This document shows, one piece after another, positions 1 through 13,640 of a DNA stretch of 64,000 nucleotides. Position 1 is the stretch's first letter, and every line of letters begins with the position of its first letter. The translations under genes and the position numbers were made by a program. A model generated the notes under the pieces. It did not search any database. It had not been told where the DNA came from and saw only the letters and a list, made by a program, of their open reading frames with translations. The stretch is taken from the NCBI RefSeq assembly GCF_006345805.1, contig NC_043011.1, forward strand, positions 37,522,464 through 37,586,463, written 5' to 3'. The stretch is from Octopus sinensis. Taxonomy: Eukaryota.

Positions 1-724
1 CGTTTTTGGACTGTGTTTTGGTGGCTCATTTTTGTACAACCATTGTGCTGAATGTTTATGGTTGTTGTATTGGATCCATGTCTCATCACATGTTACAATT
101 CGACTCAAAAATGATATATATTGGTGACGAGAAAGTAGCACAATGCAGGCTCCCAAGCGTTGCTGTTTCTGAATGTCATTGAGTTCATGTGGGACTCATT
201 TATGCAACTTTTTCACCATACCGATTTGAAATGAGTCAATATCATTTGCTTGCTAACACCAAACAACCTCAATAATCCACAGACTTTGAGATGGATCTGA
301 CTCGATGGTAGCTTTCAGTTCGTCTTTATCCACCTTTGTTTTTGGTCGACCGCGTTCTTCATTTGTGAGTTCAAATTTACAAAATCGAAATTCTGCAAAC
401 AAATTTGATACTGACTGCTGTGTAATAACATCAGAATGAAACACTTCATTAATATCTCGAGCGGTCTGTGGTGCTGTATTTCCAAGAAGGAACTCATATT
501 GCAAAACTGTACAAATTTCAGACTTACCCATCTCTAAACAAAAATAGCAGAGAACGATTTATAAATACTTTATAAAGCGCAAAATGAGTTGGAATAAAAA
601 CATAGATGTGACAACATTTTAACAAAAAGAATGAAGATTGTCAAAATACAATGATGACGCAAAATGAGCAACTGTCAAAGTTTACCATATACTGTACTGT
701 ACGTTTCATATTTGACGGCCTAAT
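1..724 (-). mobile_element. Mariner-family DNA transposon relic (5' TIR plus decayed transposase N-terminal half; runs off the window start)
   Basis: ORF 253-531 resembles the mariner HTH N-terminus (LQYEFLLGNTAPQTARDINEVF...ERGRPKTKVDKDELKATIESDP). After a frameshift the minus strand continues with WVPHEL and RIVTCDETW (first catalytic Asp). Candidate TIR TATTAGGCCGTCAAATATGAAACG at 702-724 abuts a (TA)n tract. Confidence 0.88.
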
Positions 725-1326
<602 letters not shown>

Positions 1327-1632
1327 TCCTTACATGTGTTTCAGCTAATCGGCTGTGCTTGGGAAACCTCCTGATAGAGCTAGTATCAAAAGTCCATAAC
1401 TCACTGGATTAAATTATTACCGTTAGAGTGCAAAGATTTCCCAGAGATTTCCTCCAACATTATTCACGAGGATTTAGACACATGAACCAGATCTCCAGCA
1501 TTAAGCCCTTATCTTAGCAAATGTCCTGAATATAGAAATACTATAGTAACTTAGTTTCGGCTGATTTATGATTTTCCAATAAAGTGCTAACACTAAACTG
1601 CGATAGTACTTATGCAGATGCTTGTTTGTGTA

Positions 1633-1681
<49 letters not shown>

Positions 1682-1720
1682 ATTTATACATAAATATAAA
1701 TGTTCTTATTTTTTTTCTAG

Positions 1721-1796
1721 ACTTCTTAGCATCACAATATGGTAAAAAGTGTTGGAATTCCGATGGATGCAACTGGATATGAATTTGTCATCGAAG
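1721..1796 (+). other. Possible host exon (short 5'UTR plus MVKSVGIPMDATGYEFVIE, phase-1 donor)
   Basis: Polypyrimidine tract plus TAG acceptor ending at 1720, ATG at 1739 in ACAATATGG context, frame open to AAG|GTAGAT donor at 1797. No homology recognised and no downstream exon identified. Confidence 0.25.
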
Positions 1797-1926
1797 GTAG
1801 ATTAATTTAAGCAAAATTTATCTGTTCAGCGAGTTTTCAATATCTTGTTGCAAACGTGTTTGGTACCACCATCACATATACTCACATAAACAACAAAGCA
1901 CACACATGTACACACATGCACACACA

Positions 1927-1965
<39 letters not shown>

Positions 1966-1967
1966 AC

Positions 1968-1998
<31 letters not shown>

Positions 1999-2489
1999 CT
2001 TAAATGTACACTATTTTATATTGAGAATTTGTTGTCTGTTGACTTTTTATACATGCTAGGCCACTGGTGCTGAAATTTCTAAAAATATTCACCACCTTAT
2101 ATAATTTTACGAATGTGATTTCAGCTTTTCGAAGTTCGGTTCGGCATTTCTCATTTTACTGCCGATCGAAACAGCTCTTGCGTGGTGAATTTTGATAAAA
2201 ATTATAACATATAATGATGAGAGACGTGTTATTTGTCTCTAAATATATATGTTAATTGTTAAGGCAAGGATACTGATAAGGATTCGCTTAGCAAATTATT
2301 TTATTTGCAAAAATAATCCGAAACCTAGGTATGACCGTAAATAATAACAAGGTAAAAGTTTTTAAATTACATTCTCTTTAAACGTCGTTTTGGTCGTTTT
2401 GACTGCTTCTTCTAGCGTAAAATTTACCTATTAAAGGTAGTTTTCTCTTGTATTTAAATGTCTACTATCATATATATATATATATATAT

Positions 2490-2604
2490 CCGTGACCACC
2501 GTGACAGACCAGGCTATCATATGTTGCTACACATCGCTGATCACAATGCGCTTCGCATTGTTTTAACCTTGAACTGACGCCACCCCGCTGGCTAAGCGAG
2601 CAGG

Positions 2605-2607
<3 letters not shown>
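2490..2607 (-). mobile_element. Interspersed repeat fragment, probably the 3' part of a tRNA-derived SINE, flanked by (TA)n on both sides
   Basis: GC-rich island between TA tracts. Related degenerate sequence occurs at ~42720-42830 and ~60720-60800. Confidence 0.5.
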
Positions 2608-2645
<38 letters not shown>

Positions 2646-2784
2646 TGTAGATTCACAAAAAAATTTATTGACAAGTTCGAAAGACGAATGAAAGTTCTAA
2701 CAACAATGACTTAATAAAAAAAGAATTATTTTCCCCAAAATTCTTGAGTTCTCCTCTTTTCTCAGTATTCAATATAAGCGGTAG

Positions 2785-2900
2785 GCGAGTGGATTATTTG
2801 GACACTAGAACTTGCCTGGTACTGGAGTATATCGATCACAGCGGGATGAAAAGTGAACTTATACCCAGCGGAATTTGAAAACTGAACGTAACGTATCACA
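2785..2900 (-). mobile_element. Degenerate SINE family B fragment
   Basis: GGATGAAAAGTGAACTT...CAGCGGAATTTGAA matches the reverse complement of the family B core seen at 27680 and elsewhere. Confidence 0.6.
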
Positions 2901-3188
2901 AGTAAATATTGGTATCGATTGTGTTGAAAGCCATAAAGGTTCTGCCAAGTTTCAACTATTCTGTAGATTGTGGTAGGATTATCTTTTAATTCATGCTTTA
3001 TTGTATTTACTTTTTTTCTTTATTTCTATGCTAGGGTATAGAATTGCCATTTATATACAAGTATAATCAGCTGAAATTGCAAAGATAATCTGGTACTTGA
3101 CTGAGGAAAGAAAACTTCGAATGACTCGTCCGGGTTATCTTTGTATCGTCTATCTGGATGTTTTGTTGTCCCATTTTGTATTTCATAT

Positions 3189-3241
<53 letters not shown>

Positions 3242-3988
3242 TATATGATGTATATATATTCTTTGATAGTTAACCACTGGAAAATATGAGCTTAATGAAT
3301 TTCTGCGAAGTATGTATAAATTTTATAACAGCGATACTTCTGCTACAAATACAGCTGTATGTTACTCAACGGAATTGTACAGGAAGTGATTTTCTTGGTG
3401 GGACGACAATATGCTAATGCAACTCTTAATAGGAAATTCAGGCTAAACAAAAGAAAAAATCAATATTTGTATGATGCAATATTTGTGCTTCTTACACAAG
3501 TGCTTTTTAGACCGTCTTCAAAAATACTTCAAATTTCACTTATTGATACAAAACGAAACATAATTCAAAACGTTCTATAAAGTAACATTCTGACATTTCA
3601 ACGGGGCAATTCTTCGTGTTTTATGACATTCTTGAGAGCATTCAAATGGTCAAATGTAGTTGGAAGTTGATGTTAATGTTTTCCAGTGTGTGTCATTGGT
3701 GGGAAGCGTTTGAATTTCATTTAAACCTAGAGTCATTAAACCTTCGGGCTTCGACGTTAACGGCCTTGATACATTTTTCTTTTCTCTGTTTAATGCTTCT
3801 TTTCTGCAACATTTTATTTCTGGTATCTGAAAAAGAATCGATTTTGTTAAATATTCAAATTAAGGCAAAAAATTAGATTTAATATAAAATATTATTTGGC
3901 TATTTCAAAGCTGTTCACTCATACATACATTCGTATACACATACATACAAACATATGTGTGTACGTATGTGTATATCTATCTATCTAC

Positions 3989-4072
<84 letters not shown>

Positions 4073-5500
4073 GCCACACTATTTTGTCCAGATAAGCAAT
4101 ATTTTTGTATTTACTATCATAAATTCATTGATTTATTATAAATCGCACTGACCAGTACGTTATACATTCCAGAATCTCTAATTTCCGTCCCTTGGAGAAG
4201 TATAGCATTTACTTAACGTATTTTTAATTTTCAACAAAGCATCTGAATGGGTGATTTTTTGTAGACACATTCATTGAAATTTATTGCATAAAGTTCGACT
4301 AAGAATTCCTGAAAAAACGTAACTTATAATAACGGATTTCGTGAAAGATGGACGTATAAAAAAGAAATAATTTATATATTAGCAATAAAACGTCGTTTTT
4401 TTTTTCTCTGGTTGCGTATAATTTCGATCATCGTGTCATTACCAGTAACACCTTTATACATTTTATCATTGGTCGGAAAATTACTTCACCATCCATCACT
4501 CGATGTTTCCTATAGATGCAGCAGTGCCTGGCTTAAACATGGGAAGTCAATTTCTTTGCTGTCTTCTCTGTTTTCTCTTTGCTCGAACGCGAATCTGCTC
4601 GAATTACTTACTTTCTGCAATTCATTATAATCTGACAATTCTTTTTTTGTTTTTTTTTCGTATTTTCAGTCTTACGTAACTAGACATCCTATTGTATTAT
4701 TCTATCCAAAGTAAATCTGAACACAGAATGACAGTAAAGATCTCATTGTTCTTTTGGTAACCATGGTTAAAACTGCTATTAATGATAGAGAGATGAAACT
4801 TCGATATTTGTATTCTCACCAAAAGTCAACTTCTGTTCATCAGAACTATGTTCTGTCACGTGAGGATGTCGGTACAGTGTTCTGTGTTCCTTGTTACGTT
4901 TCGGTCGTGTGATCCTATTCCAACATTTCTCACTAATAGTCGATAGTTTAAAACAGCAAATTACTGTTACTTCTTTTTCTTTTCTTCGATATATTTCTAC
5001 CTTGATATACATTTAGCAAAAGCAACATGGATCGCTGGAACGAGTTTTCATTTTGAGGCAACAGATATTGAAGCAGCCTCTATGATAAGTTATTACCTTA
5101 AATAAGGTTACAAATCTGAAAAGTTGGGCAGAATTTTAACTGGCGAAAATTACATTGAGGTAAAATTATACGTGCATTGCTTTTCATTAATTCGTATACA
5201 ACTGAAGATGTGTAATCATCACGTACTTTGAATATCTATAAAAGCTTGTCAAATATTCTGCAGATGAAAGATAAACAGAGGCATGCCTTACGCATCTACA
5301 GCTTTATTTGAAGGCAAACGAATGGCGACGAATAATAATGCTTTTGATTGTTTGTAAATATATCGTAGCATAGTAACCCGTTCTTTTCTATACCGATCGC
5401 TACCCTTCGATTAAGTGGAAATGTGGCATGTGCTTGTGGCGCGTGTGAGTCTGTGTGCGTATGTATGCATTCATACATGTATACATATGTGTGTGTAGAT

Positions 5501-5558
<58 letters not shown>

Positions 5559-5586
5559 TAAGTGTGGGTGCTGTTTTGCGTGCGTT

Positions 5587-5628
<42 letters not shown>

Positions 5629-5799
5629 TGCATGTTGTGTGTATCTTGTTAGTAGTAGGCGTCGTAACTAGAGTGAAACTTTGAATTCATTTCCCAAAAT
5701 TAATAACATTTACAGAAAACAGCAAAGTACTAATAATCTTGTTAAAATATCGTGTAGAAAGACACACATAAGCGTGTATGTATAGATGTGTGTCATATA

Positions 5800-5865
<66 letters not shown>

Positions 5866-6129
5866 AAAAAATGAAGTTCGAAAATGCTACTGTATTATAC
5901 AATTTTTAATTTTTATATATACATTATAACATGTTTCAGTTCCTGAAATGAACCTTATCAAAAAAAGTTATATATAAAAAGAGACAGCTCATGCCGTCAA
6001 ACACAAGAAATTCATTTATAATACACAACGGAGTCAGACATCTTAGAGTTCATGTATAGTTGATATATAGTTCATGTATAGTTGATATATAGTTTGAAGT
6101 ATATGTTCAAAGTGTTCGATGCAGTGGCC

Positions 6130-8105
6130 CACGGTGGCGATACGTATTCAATACAAAAAACAGATCAAAGTGGTGGAAAGCGGTCAATACAGAAGATTGA
6201 TGTTTCCGAAAGAGCGAGGAATTCATTTTTACCTTAAGCAATTGTGATGACCCATGGTGGAAGTTCGCTGGGTGGTTCTAGTGAGTTTTTGTGAAATGCT
6301 CGGTTTTATAATGCCTGTTAGGTGGTCAATCTAGCGTAGCGTGACGTCATCAATGTTTTGACCAATCGTTTCGTTAGGTGGCTTTAACCAAGTGGAACGG
6401 GACGTCATCATTATTTTGACCAATCGCTGCATTATAACTCCCTCTTGTTTGTTTCCTGTCTTGACCAGTCGCTTCGTTAGTCAAGCATAGCGGGACGTCA
6501 TCCAGATTCTGCCCCATCACGACTTATAGCTACATTAGATCTGCCCCCTGTCTGTACTTGTTAGGTGACTATTCAGCAGAAAAGGACGTCATCAATATTC
6601 TGACTAATGACTGTCCCCTGTTTGTATCCTGTCCATTCTAGCAGAGCTAGACGTCATCAACTTGTTGACCATCAGAATCGGGTCTGACCCATAGCTGTAT
6701 CGTATGTATCAGGGTCAGATTTGCACGAAAGAATTTTTTCCTTTTTTACTAAGGCATATTTCCGTCAGAGTGAGTGTCTGTTTGAAGTAGCGGCCGTGGT
6801 GAAATTTGGTTCTCCTTTTCGGAGGACTTATCTTTTGTTTTAGTATTCCTGGCCCAGGGTGTTTAAACTTGGTCTAAATTTTTTTATGAAATATAGTTCT
6901 TTATTTTGGCGTTGTGTGAAGGTGCGTTGTCACTGAATTTATAGAGCGGGTTAGTTGTAAATTTCGGATTTACATTTCCAGCACATCTATCTATGTGTCC
7001 GCTGACCGGTATTTTGCGGTAATCAGGGTTTCTAATTTGTGATTTATGCACCGCCATCCTGTTACGTAAGCTATTTTTTGTATGGCCTATATACTGCCTA
7101 TTGCAGCCTGCGCATGTTATGACGTAAATTAAGTTTTCTGATGCGCAGGTGAAGTTTGTTCTAATGGTGAACTGGTGGCCTTGTTCCAGTATAAATTCTG
7201 ATCCTTCTTTCAAGATGACACAGATTCCGCAGTTGGGCCTTCCACATTTTCTAACTGCTGGTTTTGTGGTTGATGTTGAGTGCAGTGTAGCTTGGGTTAA
7301 AATCCTTTTCAATGATTTTGGTTGCCGTTTACTTTTAATGATGGTGTGTGTTTCGAGGATCCGGTTCATCTTTGGGTCTCCCTTTAGTAGGGCTGTGCTT
7401 TGTAGTATGGTGTTGAAGGCCTCATTGTTGAGTGGGTTGTGTGTAGAGATGTAGGAAGGGTTTTTAATTGTTCTTTCTTTTTTGGTTTTGTTTGTCTCAG
7501 GTCTTCTATACTTAATTTAAGTACCCGTTGGATTGCACTGTCTATTAGGGGCTGTGGATATTTCTATTTGTGAGTGTGGTTCTAAGTTCCTGGAGACGTG
7601 TGTGTCGGGTGTTTGTGTCTGATATTATGGTGCAAATCCTTCTAGCTAAACAAAAAGGGACATTCATTCTAGTGTGTCGTGGGTGGCATGAATTAAAGGG
7701 TAGGTACTGTTTAGAGTCTGTCGGTTTATAGTAGATATCTGTCTCTATTTTGTTGCCGGTTTTCTTAATGAGGATGTCTAAAAATGGTAATTCTTTTTCG
7801 TTGAGGTCCATCGTGAATTGTATATTGTCATTTATTCCATTTAATAGAATTTTAAATTCCTCAAGTTTCTCTATGCCTTTGTCCCAGATGATGAAACAGT
7901 CATCGAGGTATCTTTTCCAGTTGTTATGGATAGGTGGCGAAGGTGTTTCCATATTTCTCGAGTGTCATCCGGTATAGTATTTTCTCGAGGTATCCCATCA
8001 CTAGGTTGGCAAAAGATGGTGCAGTACGCGTGCCCATCGCTGTTCCCGATCTTTGCCTGTAGAAATCATTGTCAAAAATAAAATAATTGTTCTCTAAAAT
8101 GAATC
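6130..8105 (-). mobile_element. Penelope-like retroelement, 5'-truncated and frameshifted: RT C-terminal half, GIY-YIG endonuclease and 3'/pLTR region (probably Neptune-like)
   Basis: Minus-strand frames give YRQRSGTAMGTRTAPSFANLVMGYLE, KRYLDDCFIIW, LPFLDI, YYKPTDSKQYLPFNSCHP (7545-8105), then CGRPNCGIC...TCASENLIYVITCAGCNRQYIGHTKNSLRNRMAVHK (6884-7369), ending ...FRPSLN. RT precedes the endonuclease. The 3' boundary near 6130 is approximate. Confidence 0.93.
6343..6658. promoter_or_regulatory. Array of five GACGTCATC (CRE/ATF-like) motifs, several paired with CCAAT-like boxes, in the Penelope 3' region
   Basis: GACGTCATC at 6343, 6401, 6494, 6585 and 6650, most followed by TTGACCAATC-like sequence. 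The motifs are seen directly; function is inferred. Confidence 0.45.
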
Positions 8106-8188
8106 TAAGTCCTTCTATTATAAGGTCTTTGTTTATGCGATATATATATATATATATTATATATATATATATAATATATATATATATA

Positions 8189-8235
<47 letters not shown>

Positions 8236-8353
8236 GTATATGTGTCCATGTTATATACATTGATACATACAGAGACAAAACAGACACACTCTTTTAGCGA
8301 ATTAAAGGATATATTTATATAAATTCTTTTCACAGCTAAGGTTACACCGGCGT

Positions 8354-8752
8354 AGGATTTGCTATGTGGTAAGTAGCTTTCTTACGAACCACATGGTTCC
8401 GGGTTCAGTCCATCTGCGTGGCACCTTGGGCAAGTGTCTCCTACTATAGCCTCGGTCTGACCAATTACTTGTGAGTGAATTTGGTAGACGGAAACTGAAA
8501 GAAGCCCATCGTATATGTCGATATATATATATGTATGTATATATATATTTGTGTGTCTGTGTTTGTCCCCCCACCATCACTTGACAATCGATGCTGGTGT
8601 GTTTACGTCTACATAAACTGGCGGTTCGGCAAAAGAGACCGATAGCATAAATACTAGGCTTACAAAGAATAAGTTCTCGGGTCGATTTGCTCGACTAAAG
8701 GCAGTGCTCCAGCATGGCCACAGTCAAATGACTGAAACAATTAAAAGAGAGA
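8354..8752 (+). mobile_element. SINE family A (tRNA-derived head, CORE-like CCTTGGGCAAGTGTCT block, internal TA/TG microsatellite, stem-loop tail)
   Basis: High similarity to copies at 10181, 52001 and 58245. A/B-box-like head TGTGGTAAG...GGTTCAGTCC; tail CAGCATGGCCACAGTCAAATGACTGAAAC. Confidence 0.88.
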
Positions 8753-9414
8753 GCTACACAAACATACAGTAGAAAAACAAACGTACAACTCACACATAGA
8801 CGCACACACACACATAAACATACTTGCAGACACAAACACGCACGCACACACAGAGATACTCGCACACAGACACACACATACAGACACACGTACATACGTA
8901 CAGACACACACACACATATGCACACACACACATAAATATACACAGAGGCAAACACGCACACACAAACCGCTCCAAATGATAATTTACTTCGAAATTTCCA
9001 GCGAAGAGAGAAAGACTAAATTTGGTTTATATTTGTTGATATATAATTATTAATTGCCAAACTTATGCACTTCTCTAACTTTCATATGCAATCAGTTATC
9101 TCGAAAGTCTTACCATCACCAACGAAGTAATACGTTTCATTAGAAGCTCCTGGAGGAATCGGTACTGCAAGTACAGAGCTGTGATTGATTTATACCCGAT
9201 TGGGGATATAGTCCAATAGAGAAAATCTTACATAATTCATCACTCGAAAATTGAATTTTCCTTTCATTGTCCCTTATGGTCCTTCGTTTTCCTGTTTCCT
9301 AACCAAAACACTGTATCTACACCACGCCTACCTCGCATCGTTCTTCCCCTCACTTTCTGAATCACTGTATCGCTCTCCTTCGCTCCGACACTCTGTCTGC
9401 GCGTGTGCGTATGG

Positions 9415-9471
<57 letters not shown>

Positions 9472-9587
9472 ATATATAATATATACATATATATATTGTG
9501 TGTATATATGTATGGGTGTGTGAAAGAGAATATATATATATATATATACAAATATATGTATATATATATATACTTATATACCACGCA

Positions 9588-9661
<74 letters not shown>

Positions 9662-10075
9662 TATATATACATATATATAGGCGTGTGTGTGTCTGTATGT
9701 GTTCCTTTGTCTTTCTCGTTCTATGGCATTCTTTCTTTTTGTGATTTGTGCATCGTTTTCTTCCTCCATTTTATCGCCACCTGACAATCACTTTCTCTGT
9801 ACATATGTCTGTATTACACTTCCATATATGCAGTACTTTTAGGCCGTTAGCCAAATAATATTACCTGTTAATTTTGTTATATAGTTCATATTCTTTCAGA
9901 ATAGCTAAGACGTCATTTTTTTCGTTGTGGGTGGAAGATGGTCGAAAGAGGTTGGTGGCAATTTAATATTCTGTTCGACAGACAGGAAAAAAATATGAAG
10001 ACATATTTGGATAGTAAACTGCTTATATATGTACATATACATATATCCATGCACATCACACGCACACGCACACTC

Positions 10076-10133
<58 letters not shown>

Positions 10134-10180
10134 TGTGTGTGTTTACGTAGATAAAACTATATATATATATATATATATCA

Positions 10181-10559
10181 GGAGTGGCTGTGTGGTAAGT
10201 AGCTTGCTAACCAACCACATGGTTCCGGGTTCAGTCCCACTGCGTGGCATCTTGGGCAAGTGTCTTCTGCTATAGCCCCGGGCCGACCAATGCCTTGTGA
10301 GTGGATTTGGTAGACGGAAGCTGAAAGAAGCCCGTCGTATATATGTATGTATATATAAGTGTGTGTGTATATCTTTGTGTATATTTTGCTTGACAACCGA
10401 TGCTGGTGTGTTTACGTCCCCGTCACTTAGCGGTTCGGCAAAAGAAACCGATAGAATAAATACTGGGATTACAAAGAATAAGTCTCGGGGTCGATTTGCT
10501 CGACTAAAGGCGGTGCTCCAGCATGGCCGCAGTCAAATGACTGAAACAAGTAAAAGAGA
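10181..10559 (+). mobile_element. SINE family A, full length
   Basis: GGAGTGGCTGTGTGGTAAGTAGCTTGC head directly after (TA)n, with the same body and tail as the 8354 copy. Confidence 0.9.
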
Positions 10560-11153
10560 TATATATTCTCATTCAGTAGACATCATTTAAAGCACTAATT
10601 TCAACAAGAAGACTTCGGCTATTCTTTACAGCCTTCAACAGTGTTTCTTTGCAGGATTCATATACTAAGAGTGATTCTTATTGCTGCTTCGTTAATGTTT
10701 CTAGCTAAAATATGTGAATAGCAGGGTCCTTCCTAGCTTCTCTATTTTTATCTCTTATGAATCGTGTCAGGTTATCGAAATCTCATACACATGCTTTAAC
10801 ACAATGCTTGTCGATGGAACTACAAATGGTGAAACAATAGGCAACGTATATCCTACTACATAATTCTGAAGAATATCGTTTTACATATTTCATCTATGCT
10901 CACATGTACACATACACACACACGCAAACACAAACACACACACACGAACGCATGCACGCACACACACACACACAGACACACATATATATATATAATATAT
11001 GTATATAAATTAAATATACGATAAAACATTTACCGAGAACTAAATAAAGTACAAAATAATAAATAGACAGTATATAATTAGTGAATAGACTACACGTGTT
11101 TTGTAGCTATATTTACAATCCTAATTTTCCCCTGTGTTTGGAATCATATTCCC

Positions 11154-11188
<35 letters not shown>

Positions 11189-11319
11189 TATTATTATTAT
11201 TAGTAGTAGTAGTAGTAGTAGTAGTATAGTAGTAGTAGTAGTAGTAGTAGTATATATATATATATACACACATATATATGTACATGTATATATACATATA
11301 TATATACATACATATATAT

Positions 11320-11375
11320 ATGGTGCCCCAGCATGGCCGTGGCCTTCGGGCTAAATCATTTTAAAGGATTTTAAG
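11320..11375 (+). mobile_element. Tail-only (5'-truncated) retroposon fragment
   Basis: GGTGCCCCAGCATGGCC plus hairpin, directly after a TA tract. The same tail occurs at 18405-18470 (-) and 60628-60685 (+). Confidence 0.55.
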
Positions 11376-11449
11376 GATATATACAACAAGGAAGGTAGCT
11401 ACTTAGAAAATTTTTGTAAAATATGGAAGTAGTAACCATAATGAGAAAT

Positions 11450-11891
11450 TATGGCTGTTCGACGTTACTACCGTTTCTAACCCCAGAAAGACCCTCCTCC
11501 AACTGGCCATCGATGCAATTTGCGTCCGGTATATATTGCAAGAACTGGCGATCAACATCACATGTCATTATATTTAGTACTTTCATCTCTCATAGATATT
11601 TTTTAGCAAGCTACTTTGCTTGTTCCGCAATCAGTAACTGATTTTCTCTTGGTTTTCTAAATACTGCGAGCTCGAGCAAATTTCTACTACCTCTATTGGC
11701 CGGATGTTAACCACTGCCGATGGACCCAAAACAACTCGAAACCGTTCTGTCTGGTGACCGTATCGTTTGCTAGATGATCGCAAGTGTTCGCTCCCCTGCT
11801 TGCAATATATACCTGCTACAGTTTACAATGATAACCAACTGGAAGAGCCTCTTCTTTGGGTTAAAAATGGTAGTAACGTCGAACAGCCATA
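11450..11891. mobile_element. MITE with ~93-bp terminal inverted repeats and TA flanks
   Basis: 11450-11542 is the reverse complement of 11799-11891 without indels. The outer 23 bp (TATGGCTGTTCGACGTTACTACC) and inner 15 bp are perfect and the middle is diverged. TA is present at both ends. Confidence 0.8.
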
Positions 11892-12239
11892 TTGATGTGT
11901 TGATAAACATTACTTATATATATAATATGCTATTCCGCTTATACCTTACAATTCAGCCTTACAATTTAGGTTCAAAGGAAGATAGCTCTTTTACCTTTTT
12001 ACCATATACTTTTTAGATATTAGTTTTTTGTTTTCGTTTTCCGTTTTGTACCTTCTGCGTTTTCTATATGGTGAATTCTCGTTTCTTTCGTGTTTCTTCT
12101 GTTATTCAATTTGTTTGGTTCGTTATGATAAGTGGTTTCTACATGAAGTATATGTTTGAGATATTTCTCAACTATTAGTAGTACTTTATAGACATGTATT
12201 GTGTTCTTTAACTAAATTATATATATATATACACACCCA

Positions 12240-12299
<60 letters not shown>

Positions 12300-13334
12300 T
12301 CAAACACGCAAAATCAGACACACACACGCTATGCATTCATATAAAACATACATGCACAAACACATTTCTGAATACGGGTATATACAGACTCATATAAGTA
12401 TATATGTATAAAAGCTGATTTCTTGTTAAATGTAAAACTGAAACGGTTGTAAATATTTCTTTTCACCAGTCGTTTGCACAAAGGCATACGAAGGACATTT
12501 ATTTCAATGCCTATTGACAGAAATAGATTGTATTATGTGCTACAGTTTTACAATCTATATATTTGCGTCACACAAAGCAAGTATGACTTAGCATTTGTTC
12601 TCTTATTTATACAATGTGAATATCCCAGCCAATGGAATTGTGAGCACATCTTAGCTGTGTATACAGATTATAGAAATACCAAGCGTTCGTGAATCAATAT
12701 AAAACCTTATATTGTAAACACTGTATGTTTGCGTGTTTTTGCTTCAACCACCGCGTCTATGCATAACATCTACTATATAATTAAAACCATCATGGCTCCA
12801 TGCAGTTGTGTATGTAGATATTAGTGATCCTTGCTAGATATAACGAAAGCGTAAATATTTGTATCCCTCATTGGTGCAATAAATAGAATTCTTTGCTTGA
12901 CCTTTATTCATCAGAAATATGTATTAATGGCTGTGCTAGCATATTGGTATTTCCTTTGCAAAATATGGTTTCCAGCAATTAGGTGAAATGAGGCAGAGTA
13001 GAACAAACCGTTTTGTCCTGAAAATCGATAGAATACGAGAAATTCATTTTAACACATGATCTCAGAACAGGGAGATGTTATAATTCACCTAGCTATTTCT
13101 GCATGTAAAAAATAATAGACAGCTCCTCGTTGTAAACCCAGCTATTAGAGGTGAAGGGCAATTGGATATAGGTATTTGTTTTGTAGAAGTATTTTTTTTC
13201 ATTTCATTGGGAGATAGAGTTATGCCATTGGGTTTTATGAGGGTCTCTGAGTGTATTTACAATTGTAGTCCTTAAACAAACATATTTAAGTTTTAAAAAA
13301 CAACAAAAAACGAAAATATATAACATTTTACTTG

Positions 13335-13640
13335 TTTCAATCATTAGACTGCAATCATGTACGGCGCCAACTTCAAGAATTTCACTGGAACGAATCAATT
13401 CCAGTACCTATTCCTTTTAAGCCTCGTACGTATTTCATCGCTCTTTTTTACTGAACTACTAGATTACAAGCATGTAAACACACCAGCACTGGTTATCAAG
13501 CGGTAGTGGGAAACTAACACAAACACACATATGAACATACACCCCCCCCACAAACCACATACTCACACACACACACGTAATGCGTGTTTTCTCCACTCAC
13601 AAGATCTTGGTCAGCATGTGGCTATTGTAGAAGACACGTA
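13335..13640 (-). mobile_element. Degenerate SINE family A copy
   Basis: Reverse-complement matches to the family A tail (TTGTTTCAATCATTAGACTGC), body (GTAAACACACCAGCA) and CORE-like block (AGAAGACAC). Confidence 0.65.

Noticed and set aside
4880-4935. Minus-strand GGATC..GACC-GAAA-CG-TA resembling a hammerhead 3' half
   Set aside because: The upstream core reads TGGAATA rather than CTGANGA and stem I is only 3 bp. Too degenerate to support.
6047-6093. 22-bp tandem duplication AGTTCATGTATAGTTGATATAT x2
   Set aside because: Real, but a simple slippage duplication with no further structure.
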